Shown here: piece by piece, positions 40,882 to 52,818 of the stretch
Numbering within the stretch: position 1 is the first letter of the stretch
Layout of the letters: every line of letters begins with the position of its first letter
Assembly (NCBI GenBank): GCA_038087875.1
Contig: CM075991.1
Coordinates: 6,386,001-6,450,000, forward strand
Length of the DNA stretch: 64,000 bases
Source of the DNA: Malacoraja senta
Lineage: Eukaryota
Reading direction: 5' to 3'
The notes under the pieces: generated by a model
The model's input: only the letters and a program-made list of their open reading frames with translations
Told to the model about the DNA's origin: nothing
Database searches by the model: none
Translations under genes and position numbers: made by a program

Positions 40882-40932
40882 AGTCAGCGAGATCCTTAAC
40901 TGGTATTTTTTCATGGATTTCTGTCTATCCTA

Positions 40933-40990
40933 CTCTCTGTCTCTCTCTGTCTCTCTCTCTCTCTCTGTCTCACTATGTCTCTCTCACTCA
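40933..40990. repeat. (CT)n/(CTGT) microsatellite
   Basis: Direct inspection. Confidence 0.9.
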
Positions 40991-41220
40991 CTGTGAGGTG
41001 AGAAAGAGAGATGAACAGGACAACCATAGCATGACTTTATATCAGTGAAAACAGGGAAGGACAAAAATATATGCGATAAAAACAGGGTCGAAAGGAAAGT
41101 AAGGAGACTGATTAGAGGAACAATGACCATAGTGAAGCAGCATGTGAGAACATGTGGGAATGACAGCCAAAAATAGTGTTTAGAAATTCCAAGTTGAGAG
41201 AATGTACAAGTTTTAATGCA

Positions 41221-41317
41221 TAGCAAGGAATCTGGTCTCGACCCGAAACGTCACCCATTCCTTCTCCAGAGATGCTGCCTGTCCCACTGAGTTACTCCAG
41301 CTTTTTGTGTCTATCTT
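41221..41317 (+). mobile_element. Penelope-derived unit with TSD
   Basis: 13-bp TSD AAGTTTTAATGCA (41208-41220, 41318-41330); GGTCTCGACCCGAAACGTCACC. Confidence 0.85.
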
Positions 41318-41664
41318 AAGTTTTAATGCACCATGTCCAAGAACATAAGATATCTATATTAGATGAGATTTAAGAATCCCATTGACCTTACAGCAGATAA
41401 CAATTCTCATTTTGGCAATGAAGAACATATATTTTTATATCTATGATAATCTATGATCTATTCCATGATGATGGTTAAGGGATAAATATTGTATGAGCAA
41501 TGGTGAGAACACTGCTTATCTTCGAATACTGCAAGGGTTCGTTTACATTCATCCAAAGGATGAGTTAGATTTAGCTCTTAGGTCTAACGGAATCAAGTGA
41601 TATGGGGAAAAAGCAGGAACGGGGTACTGATTTTGGATGATCAGCCATCATCATATTGAATGGC

Positions 41665-41864
41665 TGTTGAGTGTTTGTCTATATAATAACGGATGCCTTA
41701 CACCATGATAAAGATCCAAAGACTTTATTAACTACATAGCAAGCACGACTTCACGCTTGCACGTTTCACTATATCTGAGGGAACCAGGCAAGCAGTGATT
41801 ACTGAAAAGCTGGTGGGCGTAACTACAAAAGCATGGCTCATAACATGAGTGACACTGATCTACA
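41665..41864 (-). repeat. 3' LTR of Gypsy element
   Basis: Direct repeat of 44250-44450 with about 8 differences in 200 bp by eye. Confidence 0.95.
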
Positions 41865-41949
41865 TCGTCCCTCTTAAAGAATCAACAACAATACAGACCC
41901 ATAAACTAAGCAAGGCATGTATAACAATCGATGACAAACTGGAGGAAAG

Positions 41950-44222
41950 TCAAACATAATCCGGATACTTCATAACCGGCCTGCAAACAAGACCACCACA
42001 TGTACGATAGAGACCATCTCCATTCTTTTTTCCCAGGGAGAGAGCAGGTGGTTTCACGGGTGAGGGAGACTGGACCAACGTCCTTGGAGACGAAGCTCGA
42101 GACTGTGGTGCAAGCGAAGACGGAACAGGCAGAGGAGCTGTTGCTGACATAGCTTGTTGTGCTGGCAGAAGAATGCGAGTGCCACTAGAGGCAGACGGAA
42201 GTGAACTTGTATGATCTGGATAATACGGAGGAGGAACTGGCTCGTTCACAGGCAGGATGTGTTGCCTGTTACATCTGTACGTGTCCCCATCGGCACTAAC
42301 GATATATGAGCGTGTCTCCGAAGCAATGCCAGAAATTACTCCAATACGGTCGTGGCCTTTGTCAGTCTGTAAGCGGACCACCTGCCCTTTGGTCAGCGGT
42401 GGCAGTGGCCTACTTGTCTTGTCAAACCATTGTTTTTGAATGTCAGGCTTCTGTGGCAACCTGGATTGAACCTCCTCAGGTGGAAACACTTGTGGGATCA
42501 ATGCCTGATCCGCTACAGGCACTGTGGCACGGGTCTGCCTGTGACAATTAACGTTGAGCGGGTGAACCCAAGATGGGGTCATGGGAGATGTTGCGTAAGT
42601 TGAGCAGATCCAGGAATACATCAGATTTAGCTCTGTAAGAACGTTCCATGAGCTGTTTAGCACTTTTGACAGCCAGCCCGTTGGACTGGGGATATTCAGG
42701 GCTGTTGGTGACGTGGTGAAAATTCCAGTGTCTAGCGAACTCCTTGAAATGTTGGCTGGCGAATTGACTGCCGTTGTCAGTTAGCAGTCGGCCCGTAGAT
42801 CCGTGGACTGAAAAGTGGCGAGATAACTTCGAAATCACTCCGCTGGAAGTGGGGCTGTTGAGAAAATCAACGTTGAACCATCCTGAATAAGAATCCACGA
42901 GCACCAGGTACTGTTTGCCATCCAAATCAAATATGTCAGCTGTGACTGTAGACCACAGGAGCGCAGGTCCAGGATGTGAAAAAAGTGGTTGCTTTTGTTG
43001 GTGAGGTGCCAAACTGTTGCACACTGCGCAGGATGCCACATACTCGGTGATGTATTCGGCCATGCCAGGCCAGTAGAACATGCTTCTTGCCCGTAAAACA
43101 GTGGCTTCATCACCTGGGTGCCCTGCATGGACAGCGTTAAAATACTGGTTGTGCAGCGAAGCAGGAACCACGGCCTTGTGTCCTTTAAAAATAATGCCAT
43201 CTTGCAGCACTAGCTCATCATGGACGGCAAAGAATGGCTGGACTGGCAGCGGAACGTTGTAGTGTTTGTCTGGCCAGCCGCGCTTAATAACGGAGGTTAG
43301 CGACCGTAGGATACTTTCAGCAGCAGTGTGGGCAACCAGGTCCTCCATACAGAACAAAGGGATAAAAAGACACAGTCATCACAATAAAGTCATCATCCGG
43401 CGAGGGCAGATCCTTGCAGGTCTTCCGGGATGCACGCAAAAGAGTGTCGGCCAGGTGCATATCCTTACCGCATTTGTGGATGAGAACAATGTCATATTTT
43501 TGAAGTTGCAGTAACATCCACTGTAGGTTTGCTGGAGGGGTGTGGATAGGTTTGTTAAAAATACTGATCAGAGGTTGGTGGTCAGTTTCAATTGTGACAG
43601 GGTGCCCAAGGATGAAATCGTTGAATTTCTTGCAGGCAAAAACAACCGCTAACAGTTCTTTTTCTCAATTTGGGCATATCGTTGTTCTGTGTCAGTCATG
43701 GTGCGCGAGGCTTATTCCCATTGCCATCATTCTGAAGGCATGCTGCGCCCAGCACATGTTGTGAGGCGTCACAAGTAAGTGTAATCGGTAGCTTCGGGTC
43801 AAAGTAAGCCAGAGTAGGAGCAACAGACATCTGCCGTTCAAGAGTGTCGAATGCTGTCTGTTGTTGCTCGTGCCAAGTCCAAGCAGAGTCTTTGTGTGTA
43901 AGCTGGTGCAATGGGGCTGATATTTCGCTGAAGTCCGGAATGAATTTGCTCAAATAGTTGGCCATGCCAAGGAATCTCTGCAAACTGAGCACGTCTGTGG
44001 GTGCTGGAAGGTTTTCACTGGATCAGTTTTAGGCCGTCTTTGGTAAATATATGGCCTAACTATTTTACCTCATCCACAAAATTTGCATTTTTGAGGATTT
44101 AGCTTGAGATGGATGGCCTCGGCCGTTTTCCCAGCAATGAGGATATCGTCCACAATGATGGAGCATGGGTAGCCTGCAAACAATTGCTCCATAGCTTGTT
44201 GAAATGCTTCACTGGCAGAACT
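41950..44222 (-). pseudogene. Frameshifted Gypsy pol (partial RT, RNase H, integrase)
   Basis: SASEAFQQAMEQLFAGYPCSIIVDDILI (RT); LQRFLGMANYLSKFIP; TCDAS (RNase H); HAGHPG...YWPGM...CAVC zinc finger; DIF/VDSYS/TDNGSQF/SNGLA integrase core; split over several ORFs. Confidence 0.92.
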
Positions 44223-44249
44223 TACCACATTATCGCACTTCTGACACCA

Positions 44250-44450
44250 TGTTGAGTGTTTGTCTATATAATAACTGATGCCTTACACCATGATAAAGAT
44301 CAAAAGACTTTAATTAACTACATAGCAAGCACGACTTCACACTTGTACGTTTCACTATATCTGAGGGAACCAGGCAAGCAGTGATTACTGAAAAGCTGGT
44401 GGGCGTAACTACAAAAGGATGACTCATAATATGAGTGACACTGATCTACA
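44250..44450 (-). repeat. 5' LTR of Gypsy element
   Basis: Direct repeat of 41665-41864; followed on minus by PBS. Confidence 0.95.
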
Positions 44451-46126
44451 ATGGCTTGAAGGGTTGAATGGCCTACTCCTGCACCTATTTTTAATGTTTC
44501 TATGCTTCTTTGATAGAGCTGTCCATCTGCAGCACTGAAGTGTGCGCCTGGATTATACCCTTAAATGTCTTGGTCATATTGGATCCCACAAAATTTGACC
44601 CAGAGGTAAGAATATTACCATTGAGACACAGTTGACTAGACAAGGTTAAAAGTATTTCCTAAGCCTTGTACCATGTCAAAGGTCCTCATTTATCTTTTGA
44701 GAACTGTCACAATGATAGATGAAATTGACACCTTAGGAAGGATGGAATGTCTGATCCTTGCTGAGACCGGTATCCCAATCGCTCTCTGACTCATCCTAGT
44801 GGATTCTTGAGTCTAGTTTGCTGTCCACTGTCTGACATGACCTAATCTCCTGCTTTGTTTCTTTTCTTTTCTTCTGCCTTTTCTGAATGTGGAATTAATC
44901 TAATTCTCATGAGAATGCTTCAAGAGTTGGTGCATTCTAGTTCATTTAACAAAGTCATTGCACAAGTTTACAACTCTGTGTGTAAGTAAGATGATACGTT
45001 AACTCGAATTGGTCTTATTGGCTTTGGCATGGCTACTAAATTTTCCATGCACTTTGTCATTTGCAATTTCTCCACTTCCTTTTTCAATAAAATTGCTTTA
45101 TAAATCCTTTTGTTTTTCTGCAACTTTCATTTTTCCTGCATCTCAGATGAACAATGATGAAATATTGTATCTGGCAAGATGCATTGAGTTTAAGCTGCCA
45201 AAGCAAGGCTGGTGTAGGCAAAATCTATCACAAGTTGCTGCCTTCTCATGCTGATCCACCAGAAACGTATAATGGGTGCGCAGCAAATCTCACAAGTTGG
45301 TCTCAAACGTGGGTGAATGAATGACTTGAGGTTAATTCTATTTTATGTTTCCTTTACTTTCCTGGTGTGTATTATTGATTTAGAAATCATCCCGTGAAAG
45401 GTCGTGTACCTGAAGTGTTAACTCGCTTTACAGATGCACAGTGGTGCAGCGGTAGAGTTGCTGCCTTACAGCACCAGAGACCTGGGTTCGATCCTGACTA
45501 TGGGCACTGACTGTACGGAGTTTGCACATTCTCCCTGTGACCACGTGGGTTTTCTCCAGGTGCTCCGGTTTCCTCCTGCACTCCAAAGATATATGGGTTT
45601 ATAGGTTATTGGCTTAGTAAGTTGTAAAAGAAATGTCCCTAGTGTGTTGGTTAGTGTACGGGGTGATTGCTGGTCGGCCGGGACTTGTTGGGCCGAAGTA
45701 CGTGTTTCCACGCAGTATCTCTAAAGTCTAAAGTCTAAAGATGATGTTTGATCTGCTGAATATTTCCAGCACTTTTTCCTTTATTTGGCCTTGCACCTCC
45801 CATCTTTCTTGTTCCGCATCTTCCCATATGTTCATTGAAGCACAGGACTAGACACCATATCTTCTGTGCTACCAGAAGCCGGTATAAACTCATTGAGTCA
45901 AATAACTTTCTTCAATGCCATAACAATTCTATGATTCTTCTGAAGTACCAAAGAATCTACTTTGTGGCCCTTGTTTCTGCTGAACCACTGTTATGAAATT
46001 AACACACCAGGCTGATGGTGAGACTGGATCCTTTCTTGATTATCTTTATAGCTTAACCTTCTTTATGTTGAAAATATAGTCAGGAAATTAAAATTGGAAC
46101 CCTCAAGAAAAAAACATACAACACAG

Positions 46127-46450
46127 GGGTGGCATAGTGGCACAGCGTTGCTGCCTCACAATACTTGCAGCGCCGGAGACCCGGGATCGATCCTGACTAC
46201 GGGTGCTGTCTATACAGAGTTCTCCGCGTGACCACGTGGATTTTCTCCGAGATCTTCGGTTTCCTCCCACACTCCAAAGACGTACAGATTTGTAGGTTAA
46301 TTGGTTTGGTATAAGTGTAAATTGTATCTGGTGTGTGTGTAGGATAGTGTTAGTGTGCGGGGATCGCTGGTGGATGTGGACCCGGAGGGCCGGAGGGCCG
46401 AAGGGCCTGTTTCCGCGCTGTATCTCTAAACTAATCTAAACTACACTAAA
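46127..46450 (+). mobile_element. V-SINE (HE1-like)
   Basis: Same structure; other plus copies at ~1655-1845, 2333-2602, 34050-34328, 36725-37020, 45435-45740, 50072-50320. Confidence 0.88.
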
Positions 46451-46589
46451 CACCTATCTCCTGACTGCCCTTGAGTGCATTAATTTAACTAATAGGTGAC
46501 AGTTCCCTTTTCTTAATTCCAGTTAGGACTTACTTTTCCATCTGTTGATGTAACTCTGTACTTTATGCCAATGATGTAAATCTGTCAGT

Positions 46590-46860
46590 CATGCCTCAAA
46601 GGGTTGCCGCACCTCAGAGACATAGAATCAAGTTCTAGTCAAGAAATTTAACCATAGAAATGCAGGCTCAGATGTCGATATAATGTTGAGGGAGTGCTGC
46701 AATGTGGGAAATGCTGCCTTTTGGATGGCATGTTAATCATGGGCCTTACCTATGCAGGTTGTTGGCCACTCCCCATCAGCAGTCTTGGATGCATTTTCTT
46801 TCCATGACCCTATGTGGAAGTGTGTAGAAGTAATTAGCGCATTTCCCCCCAAAATTGGCA
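46590..46860 (+). mobile_element. Ancient Deu-domain SINE remnant
   Basis: GTTGAGGGAGTGCTGCAATGTGGGAAATGCTGCCTTTTGGATGGCATGTTAA resembles the DeuSINE core; a minus copy is split at 41460-41580 / 44490-44640. Confidence 0.55.
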
Positions 46861-47107
46861 TGCAAATTTATGTAATTTTTTTTATTTTTCATTTTCCGGT
46901 GGGACATAACATGTCACATATTCCATCTCCTGACTTGGGCATTTCAAGACAGCATTCTACTTGGGCACATGAAACAGATCGTATGGTAGGAGTGTTCACA
47001 ATTGCCAAAGGTTAAAGATTGTTCTGCTGATAACTTACACAATGAGATGGTTTGCAAACATCTGCAGTCTCTATGTGTGAATGATCCCTGCTCCTTTCTC
47101 ATCTCAT

Positions 47108-47252
47108 CATCTTCTTCTTCTTCTTGCGTGTGGCGTGCTCAGCCTGAAGTTGTAAGACAACTTGTTCTGTTTGATCTTCTGTTTGTGCACGCCAGGTTGA
47201 TTGCATTCGTCGAAACAGGGTGGATCACGTGAAGGTTGCAATCTCCCACCCC
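47108..47252 (-). mobile_element. 145-bp non-autonomous retroposon (Vingi/Ingi- or RTE-like) with 5' HDV-like ribozyme and (GAA)n tail
   Basis: 12-bp TSD TTCTCATCTCAT (47096-47107, 47253-47264); minus-strand tail CGCAAGAAGAAGAAGAAG; no pol III A/B boxes seen. Confidence 0.85.
47199..47252 (-). ncRNA. Minimal HDV-like self-cleaving ribozyme motif
   Basis: GGGGUGG-GA-GAUUGCA-ACC-UUCACGU-GAU-CCACCCU-GUUUCGA-CGAA-UGCAAUC: P1 7 bp with G1.U, P2 7 bp, 7-nt L3, CGAA J4/2; one P3 mismatch. Confidence 0.85.
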
Positions 47253-47356
47253 TTCTCATCTCATGATAGCCATTTAAATGAATTATCCATTCCAGCTTTC
47301 ATATAAATTATGAAATGGATTTGGGTCTCTTTTTAAAAAGTTGGACTATTCCCAGT

Positions 47357-48661
47357 TAGTCAAGTCAAGTCACATTTATTTATATAGCACATTTAAAAAA
47401 CAACTCTTGTTGGCCAAAGTGCTTTACATTTGTTATAAGAATAGCATAAACAAAACAAACTACATACATATATACATGTAGCCCTCACTCAGAGGACGTC
47501 AGGAAAGGCTTGGGAGTATAGATAAGTTTTTAGTCTTGACTTAAAAGAGTCGATGGAGGGGGCAGTTCTGATGGGAAAGGGGATGCTGTTCCACAGTCTA
47601 GGGGCTGCAACCGCAAAGGCGCGGTCGCCCCTGAGCTTATGCCTAGACCGTGGGATATTCAGCAACCCCAAGTCGGCCGATCTGAGGGGCCTGGAGGTGG
47701 AGTGGTGGGTGAGAAGACTTTTTATGTAGGTGGGGGCAAGCCCATTGAGGGCTTTGTAGACATGGAGGAGGATCCTGAAGTTTATACGGAACCGCACAGG
47801 GAGCCAGTGGAGAGAGGCCAGGATCGGGGTGATGTGGTCCCTTTTTCGGGTGCCCATCAGGAGTCTCGCTGCGGCGTTTTGGACCAGTTGCAGGCGGGAC
47901 AGGGAAGATTGGCTGATGCCAGTGTAATGGGAGTTGCAGTAATCTAGGCGGGAGGAGATGAATGTGTGGCTGATCTTTTCGAGGTCATCAAACTGGAGGA
48001 ATTGTTTTATTTTAGCTATCGTCCGAAGCTGAAAGAAGCTAACTTTTACCACGGCATTGACTTGTTTGTCAAATTTCAGTGTTAAGTCAAATATCACGCC
48101 AAAGTTTGTGACGTGAGGTTTGACTAGTGGGGTAAGGCTTCCGAGGCTGCCTGCTATCATTTTGATTGTCCGAGGGGCCGAGAAGGATGACCTCAGACTT
48201 ACTCTCGTTTAGTTGGAGGAAGTTCTGGGCCATCCAACACTTTATATCCTCGAGGCAGTGGGTAAGGTTAAGCAGATTTGATTGGTTTTTGGACTTCAGG
48301 GGGAGATAGAGTTGTGTATCGTCTGCGTAGCAATGGAAGGAAATGACGTGCCTTTCAATGACTTGGCCTAAGGGGAGCATATACAGGGAGAAGAGAATGG
48401 GGCCAAGGATGGAACCTTGTGGAACCCCACAGCAGAGATTAGCTGGGGAGGAGAAAGAGTTGCTTATGTTAGTCGAGAAATTCCTACCTTTGAGGTTGGA
48501 GATGAACCAGCTCAGGGCAGTGCCATCAATACCAACCCCATACCGGAGACGGTCAATTAGGATGGTGTGGTCGACAGTGTCAAATACTGCGCTGAGGTCA
48601 AGAAGGAGCAGAATTGCAGTCGCCGGAGTCAACGGTGAGCAGTAGATCATTGTGTACCTTC
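47357..48661 (-). mobile_element. 5'-truncated L2-clade LINE (RT domain to 3' end, frameshifted)
   Basis: [68 protein letters not shown]; (CTTGA)n tail; frame continues through the L1 TSD to ~49244. Confidence 0.93.
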
Positions 48662-48677
48662 AACAAGGCAGACTCCA

Positions 48678-49228
48678 TGGAAACGATTATCTTCGGAGTA
48701 ATAGGAGACGGAAACAAATTAAATATATCCCAAATTTCATTTTTTAATTATGGTTTAATAACAGCAAAAAAACTCATTCTTAAATTTTGGAAAAATGCTA
48801 CTATACCAACACTCAAAATGTGGAAACTGCCCACTTGGAAGAAATGAGACTCCTCCTAATAGACAAACAAGACCAATTCTTAACGAGTTGGTCTCCATTT
48901 ATTGACCTTGTGGATTCATGTGGTGCAATAGTATTGTAAAATTTAAAAATTCTGGGTTTGGGCGAAAAATGATTAATAATATAAAAAAGCATCGACTTGT
49001 GGCGGGGGAGAATCTCCTTTCTGCTTCACTTTCTTACTTATTTCTTTTCGTTATCTCACACTCACTAGACTTTTCTTTACTCTTCACTATTTCTTTCTTT
49101 CTCATTTCTTTCTAAAAAAAAAGGAAGTTGTACATAGAATGTTTTAATAATTCTGGGAACCTGTAAAAAGGTACCATCAAAATGTAATGTACTCACTTCT
49201 AATAAATAAAATATTAAAAAAACAAAAA
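48678..49228 (+). mobile_element. 5'-truncated L1-clade LINE 3' fragment
   Basis: IIFG...FFNYGLITAKKLILKFWKNATIPTLKMW matches the 39463 ORF end; AATAAA and A-rich tail; 16-bp TSD AACAAGGCAGACTCCA (48662-48677, 49229-49244). Confidence 0.9.
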
Positions 49229-49489
49229 AACAAGGCAGACTCCAGATGATAGAGCAATTTCCTCTCTGGTACATAGAGCCACCAGTATTATTCTGGAGAA
49301 ATATTATCCCTGCTTTTATTGGGACAGGTTGCTATAGTTTCTCCCTCCATTCTTTTAGAAAACTTGTTTTCAGAAATAAACTGACTTTAATTTGCTGGAG
49401 ACTCTGGTTCGATCCAGACCTTGGGTTCTGTTCGTGTGGGGTTTGCACGTTCTCCATGTGGGTTTCCTCCCATATCTCGAAGACATTAA

Positions 49490-50068
49490 AGGGGCTGTCC
49501 CACTTGCGCGACCTAATCTGTGAGTTCTGGCGAGTTTGCCCTCGACTCATACTCGCAGCATGGTCGTAGGAGGTCTTTGTAACTCTCCTTCATGCTCGAG
49601 AGTCGTCCCCGTGTACTCGAGGCCTCAGCTAGGTCGCGGCATATTTTTCAACATGTTGAAAAATGCCTGCGAGTAAAAAAAGGTCGCCATGGAAAAAATC
49701 TATACTTTTTTTACTTGTAGGTTTAGTCGTAGTAGGTTGTAGTAGGTCGTAGTAGGTCGTCATGTTAGTCATAGATAATCGAGGATAGTCGAAGGTAGTC
49801 GAAGGTAGTCGTAGATAGTCTTCATCATAGTCGAAGGGAGGTCGAAGGGAGGTTGAAGGAAATCGAAGGATGTCATCTTCACTCTCCACTATTCATTGTC
49901 AAATTTTCCCAAAGTTAGTCGTAGCTAGTCGAAGCTAGTCAACATAGTCGAAGGAGGTCGAAGGAGGTCTTCTACATAGTCGAAGGAGGTCTTCAACATG
50001 AAATTTTTTCAAACTCTCCTAAGCTCTTCTAAACTTGCTAATTAGGTCGCCCAAGTGGGACAGCCCCT
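49490..50068. mobile_element. PIF/Harbinger-type MITE, long form (opposite orientation to 12623 copy)
   Basis: TIR AGGGGCTGTCCCACTTG.GCGACCTAAT; TAA TSD on both sides; reverse complement of 12623-13184. Confidence 0.9.
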
Positions 50069-50607
50069 TAAGGGCGGTACGGTGGCGCAGCTATAGGTCA
50101 AACCTGGGTTCGATCCTGACTATGGGCGCTGTCTGTACGGAATTTGTACATTCTCCCTGTGACCGCATGGGTGCTCCGGTTTCCTCCCACACTCTGAAGA
50201 CTTACAGCTTTGTAGGTTAAATGGCTTTGGTAAAAGATTGTGAATTGTGCGGGATAGTGGTAGTGTACGGGGACCGCCTGTTTCTGTGCTGTATCTCTAA
50301 ACTGAATAAACTAAATTGAAATAAACATGCATGTCTGTAGGTTAATTGGCCTCTCTAAATTACCCCGAGTGTGTAAGGAGTGGCTGTGAAAGTGGAAGAA
50401 TTAGTGAGTAGACGATCGATGGTCAATGTGCACTCGATGGGCTGAAAGCCTGTTTCCATGGTTTATCTTTCAATTGCTGTTCAATTAACTTTACTGTGAG
50501 CCAGCCATGCACCATGCACAACTTCCATCTCATTGATGCAGTATTGTCAACCTACAGCCTGTTTACATTTTTCTCTTCCACCAACTGAATGTTTCAAAGA
50601 TGAATTT

Positions 50608-50900
50608 TTAGTTTAGTTTAGAGATACAGCGCGGAAACAGGCCCTTCGGCCCACCGAGTCTGCATCAACCAGCGATCCCCGCACATTAAGACTACCCTGC
50701 ACACACTAGGGACAATTTTACATTTATACATTTATACCAAGCCAATTAACCTACAAACCTGTACGTCTTTGGAGTGTGGGAGGGAACTGAAGATCTCGGA
50801 GAAAACCCACGCAGGTCAAGGGGAGAACGTACAAACTCCTTACAGCCAGTCAGGATCGAACCCGGGTCTTTGGCGCAGTAAGGCAGTAGCCACTGTGCTG
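50608..50900 (-). mobile_element. V-SINE (HE1-like)
   Basis: Reverse complement of the family; other minus copies at ~10985-11092, 17595-17925, 28375-28615, 37710-37830, 52890-53195. Confidence 0.88.
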
Positions 50901-51366
50901 TGAATTATTTAAGGTCTTAAATGAATGGTAACAGAATTTAAGATGTGGAGAGTAAACCGTTTATTTACAAGATTTGCAAAGAGTTGGAATCAACTTGTGA
51001 AGCAGATGTGGAGGAGACAATAAAGACACTGATAATATTCAGTGCTGCATTTCATGCTAATCTACATTCAGACTGATTAATGTATTACAAGACACAATGT
51101 GCTTTCACACCAGGTTCTCAGTCTCTATCCAGACCACTGGGAGATAGTTTCTTTTTCCCTCTGGTCAAATTTCTGAAATAAATTTGAACAACTTCAACCC
51201 TTTATTTTTCTATTTCACCCTTTTCCAATTCTGTAGAATTGGGTTGAGAGGGGAAAAGATCAGCAATGATTGAATGCTGGAGTCGACTCGATGGGCCAAT
51301 TGTCTTAATTGTGCTCCAATAACTTATGAACTTATTATGAACTAATTCTCCTTCCTTCTCCCCGTA

Positions 51367-51907
51367 ACATAGATACATAGATACATAGAAAATAGGTGCA
51401 GGAGTAGGCCATTCGGCCCTTCGAGCCTGCACCGCCATTCAATATGATCATGGCTGATCATCCAACTCAGTATCCCGCACCTGCCTTCTCTCCATACCCC
51501 CTGATCCCTTTAGCCACAAGGGCCACATCTAACTCCCTCTTAAATATAGCCAATGAACTGGCCTCAACTACCCTCTGTGGCAGAGAGTTCCAGAGATTCA
51601 CCACTCTCTGTGTGAAAAAGTTTTTCCTCATCTCGGTCTTAAAGGATTTCCCCCTTATCCTTAAGCTGTGACCCCTTGTCCTGGACTTCCCCAACATCGG
51701 GAACAATCTTCCTGCATCTAGCCTGTCCAACCCCATAAGAATTTTGTACGTTTCTATAAGATCCCCTCTCAATCTCCTAAATTCTAGCGAGTATAAGCCA
51801 AGTCTATCCAGTCTTTCTTCATATGAAAGTCCTGACATCCCAGGAATCAGTCTGGTGAACCTTCTCTGCACTCCCTCTATGGCTATAATGTCCTTCCTCA
51901 GATTTGG
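51367..51907 (-). mobile_element. CR1 LINE 3' fragment
   Basis: IEGVQRRFTRLIPGM.GLSYEERLDRLGLYSLEFRRLRGDLIE...; (TATCTATG)n tail. Confidence 0.92.
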
Positions 51908-52474
51908 TCTGAGGAAGGACATTATTCCTCAGAATAATCAAGAACCAGTCAATGTCTGCTTTGAAAAATACCCAATGACTTGGTCTCCACAGCCGTCTGA
52001 TGCAATGAATTCCACTGATTCGCCACCCTCTGGCTAAAGAAAAAAATCCTTCTTGGCTAGCCTTAAATCATTTTCTCTCATCCAATCAGGCAGCCCATTT
52101 TCTCTACCACTCTACCAAGACTACCAGACATATCCAATTTTAAATTAATGTAATACTTCATTCCAGTTTAGAAATACATTGACATCCCTTCATTATCATT
52201 GGGTCAAAATCCTGGAACTCCTATTCGACAGTATCATGATAGTGTCTTTAGCATGTGAATTACAACAGTTCATGGAGACACCTCACCGCAGCTTTCCCAA
52301 GGGCAATTAACGATAAGCCTTTTAGACTTTAGAGATCTATCTAAGGTATCATGGGTGCGTTTGACCTGTTGTGTGGGTCTGTGCCACTCTGAGTGACCCT
52401 GGCTTTTGTGGATTGGTGTGACTTGGCTCGTTTGGGTCTGTGACACTAGTTATCGGGATTCTGTGACCAAGGCA

Positions 52475-52818
52475 CGATGATGGTGCAATGGGCTAAGTGT
52501 TCGGCTGGCAACCGGAAGGTAGCCGGTTCGAATCCCGCTTGGAGTGCATACTGTCGTTGTGTCCTTGGGCAAGACACTTCACCCACCTTTGCCTGCGAGT
52601 GAATGTGTGTGAATGTGTGTGAGTGATTGGTGGTGGTCGGAGGGGCCGTAGGCACAGATTAGCAGCCACACTTCCGTCAGTCTGCCCCAGGGCAGCTGTG
52701 GCTACAGAAGTAGCTCACCACCACCGAGTGTGACTGAGGAGTGAATGAATAATGCGATGTAAAGCGCCTTGAGTATTAGAAAGGCGCTATATAAATCCCA
52801 TCCATTATTATTATTATT
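52475..52818 (+). mobile_element. tRNA-derived CORE-type SINE with L2-like tail
   Basis: A box TGGTGCAATGG, B box GGTTCGAATCC, CORE-like GTGTCCTTGGGCAAGACACTTCACC, tail GTAAAGCGCCTTGAG...AGGCGCTATATAAAT(ATT)n; AAGGCA TSD. Confidence 0.85.

Larger units (their letters stand above)
41665..44450 (-). mobile_element. Ty3/Gypsy LTR retrotransposon, internally deleted (gag, protease and 5' RT missing)
   Basis: Two ~200-bp LTRs TG...CA; 5-bp TSD ATGGC (41660-41664, 44451-44455); PBS TGGTGTCAGAAGTG on minus next to the 5' LTR; purine tract AAGAGGGACGA on minus next to the 3' LTR; RT-RNaseH-integrase order. Confidence 0.95.

Noticed and set aside
40882..40914. Start Met of the 483-aa ORF
   Set aside because: Lies in the TSD/flank; the L1 is 5'-truncated
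52475..52545. tRNA gene (also heads at 2333, 36725, 45435, 61565)
   Set aside because: SINE heads; they continue into SINE bodies and form no full cloverleaf
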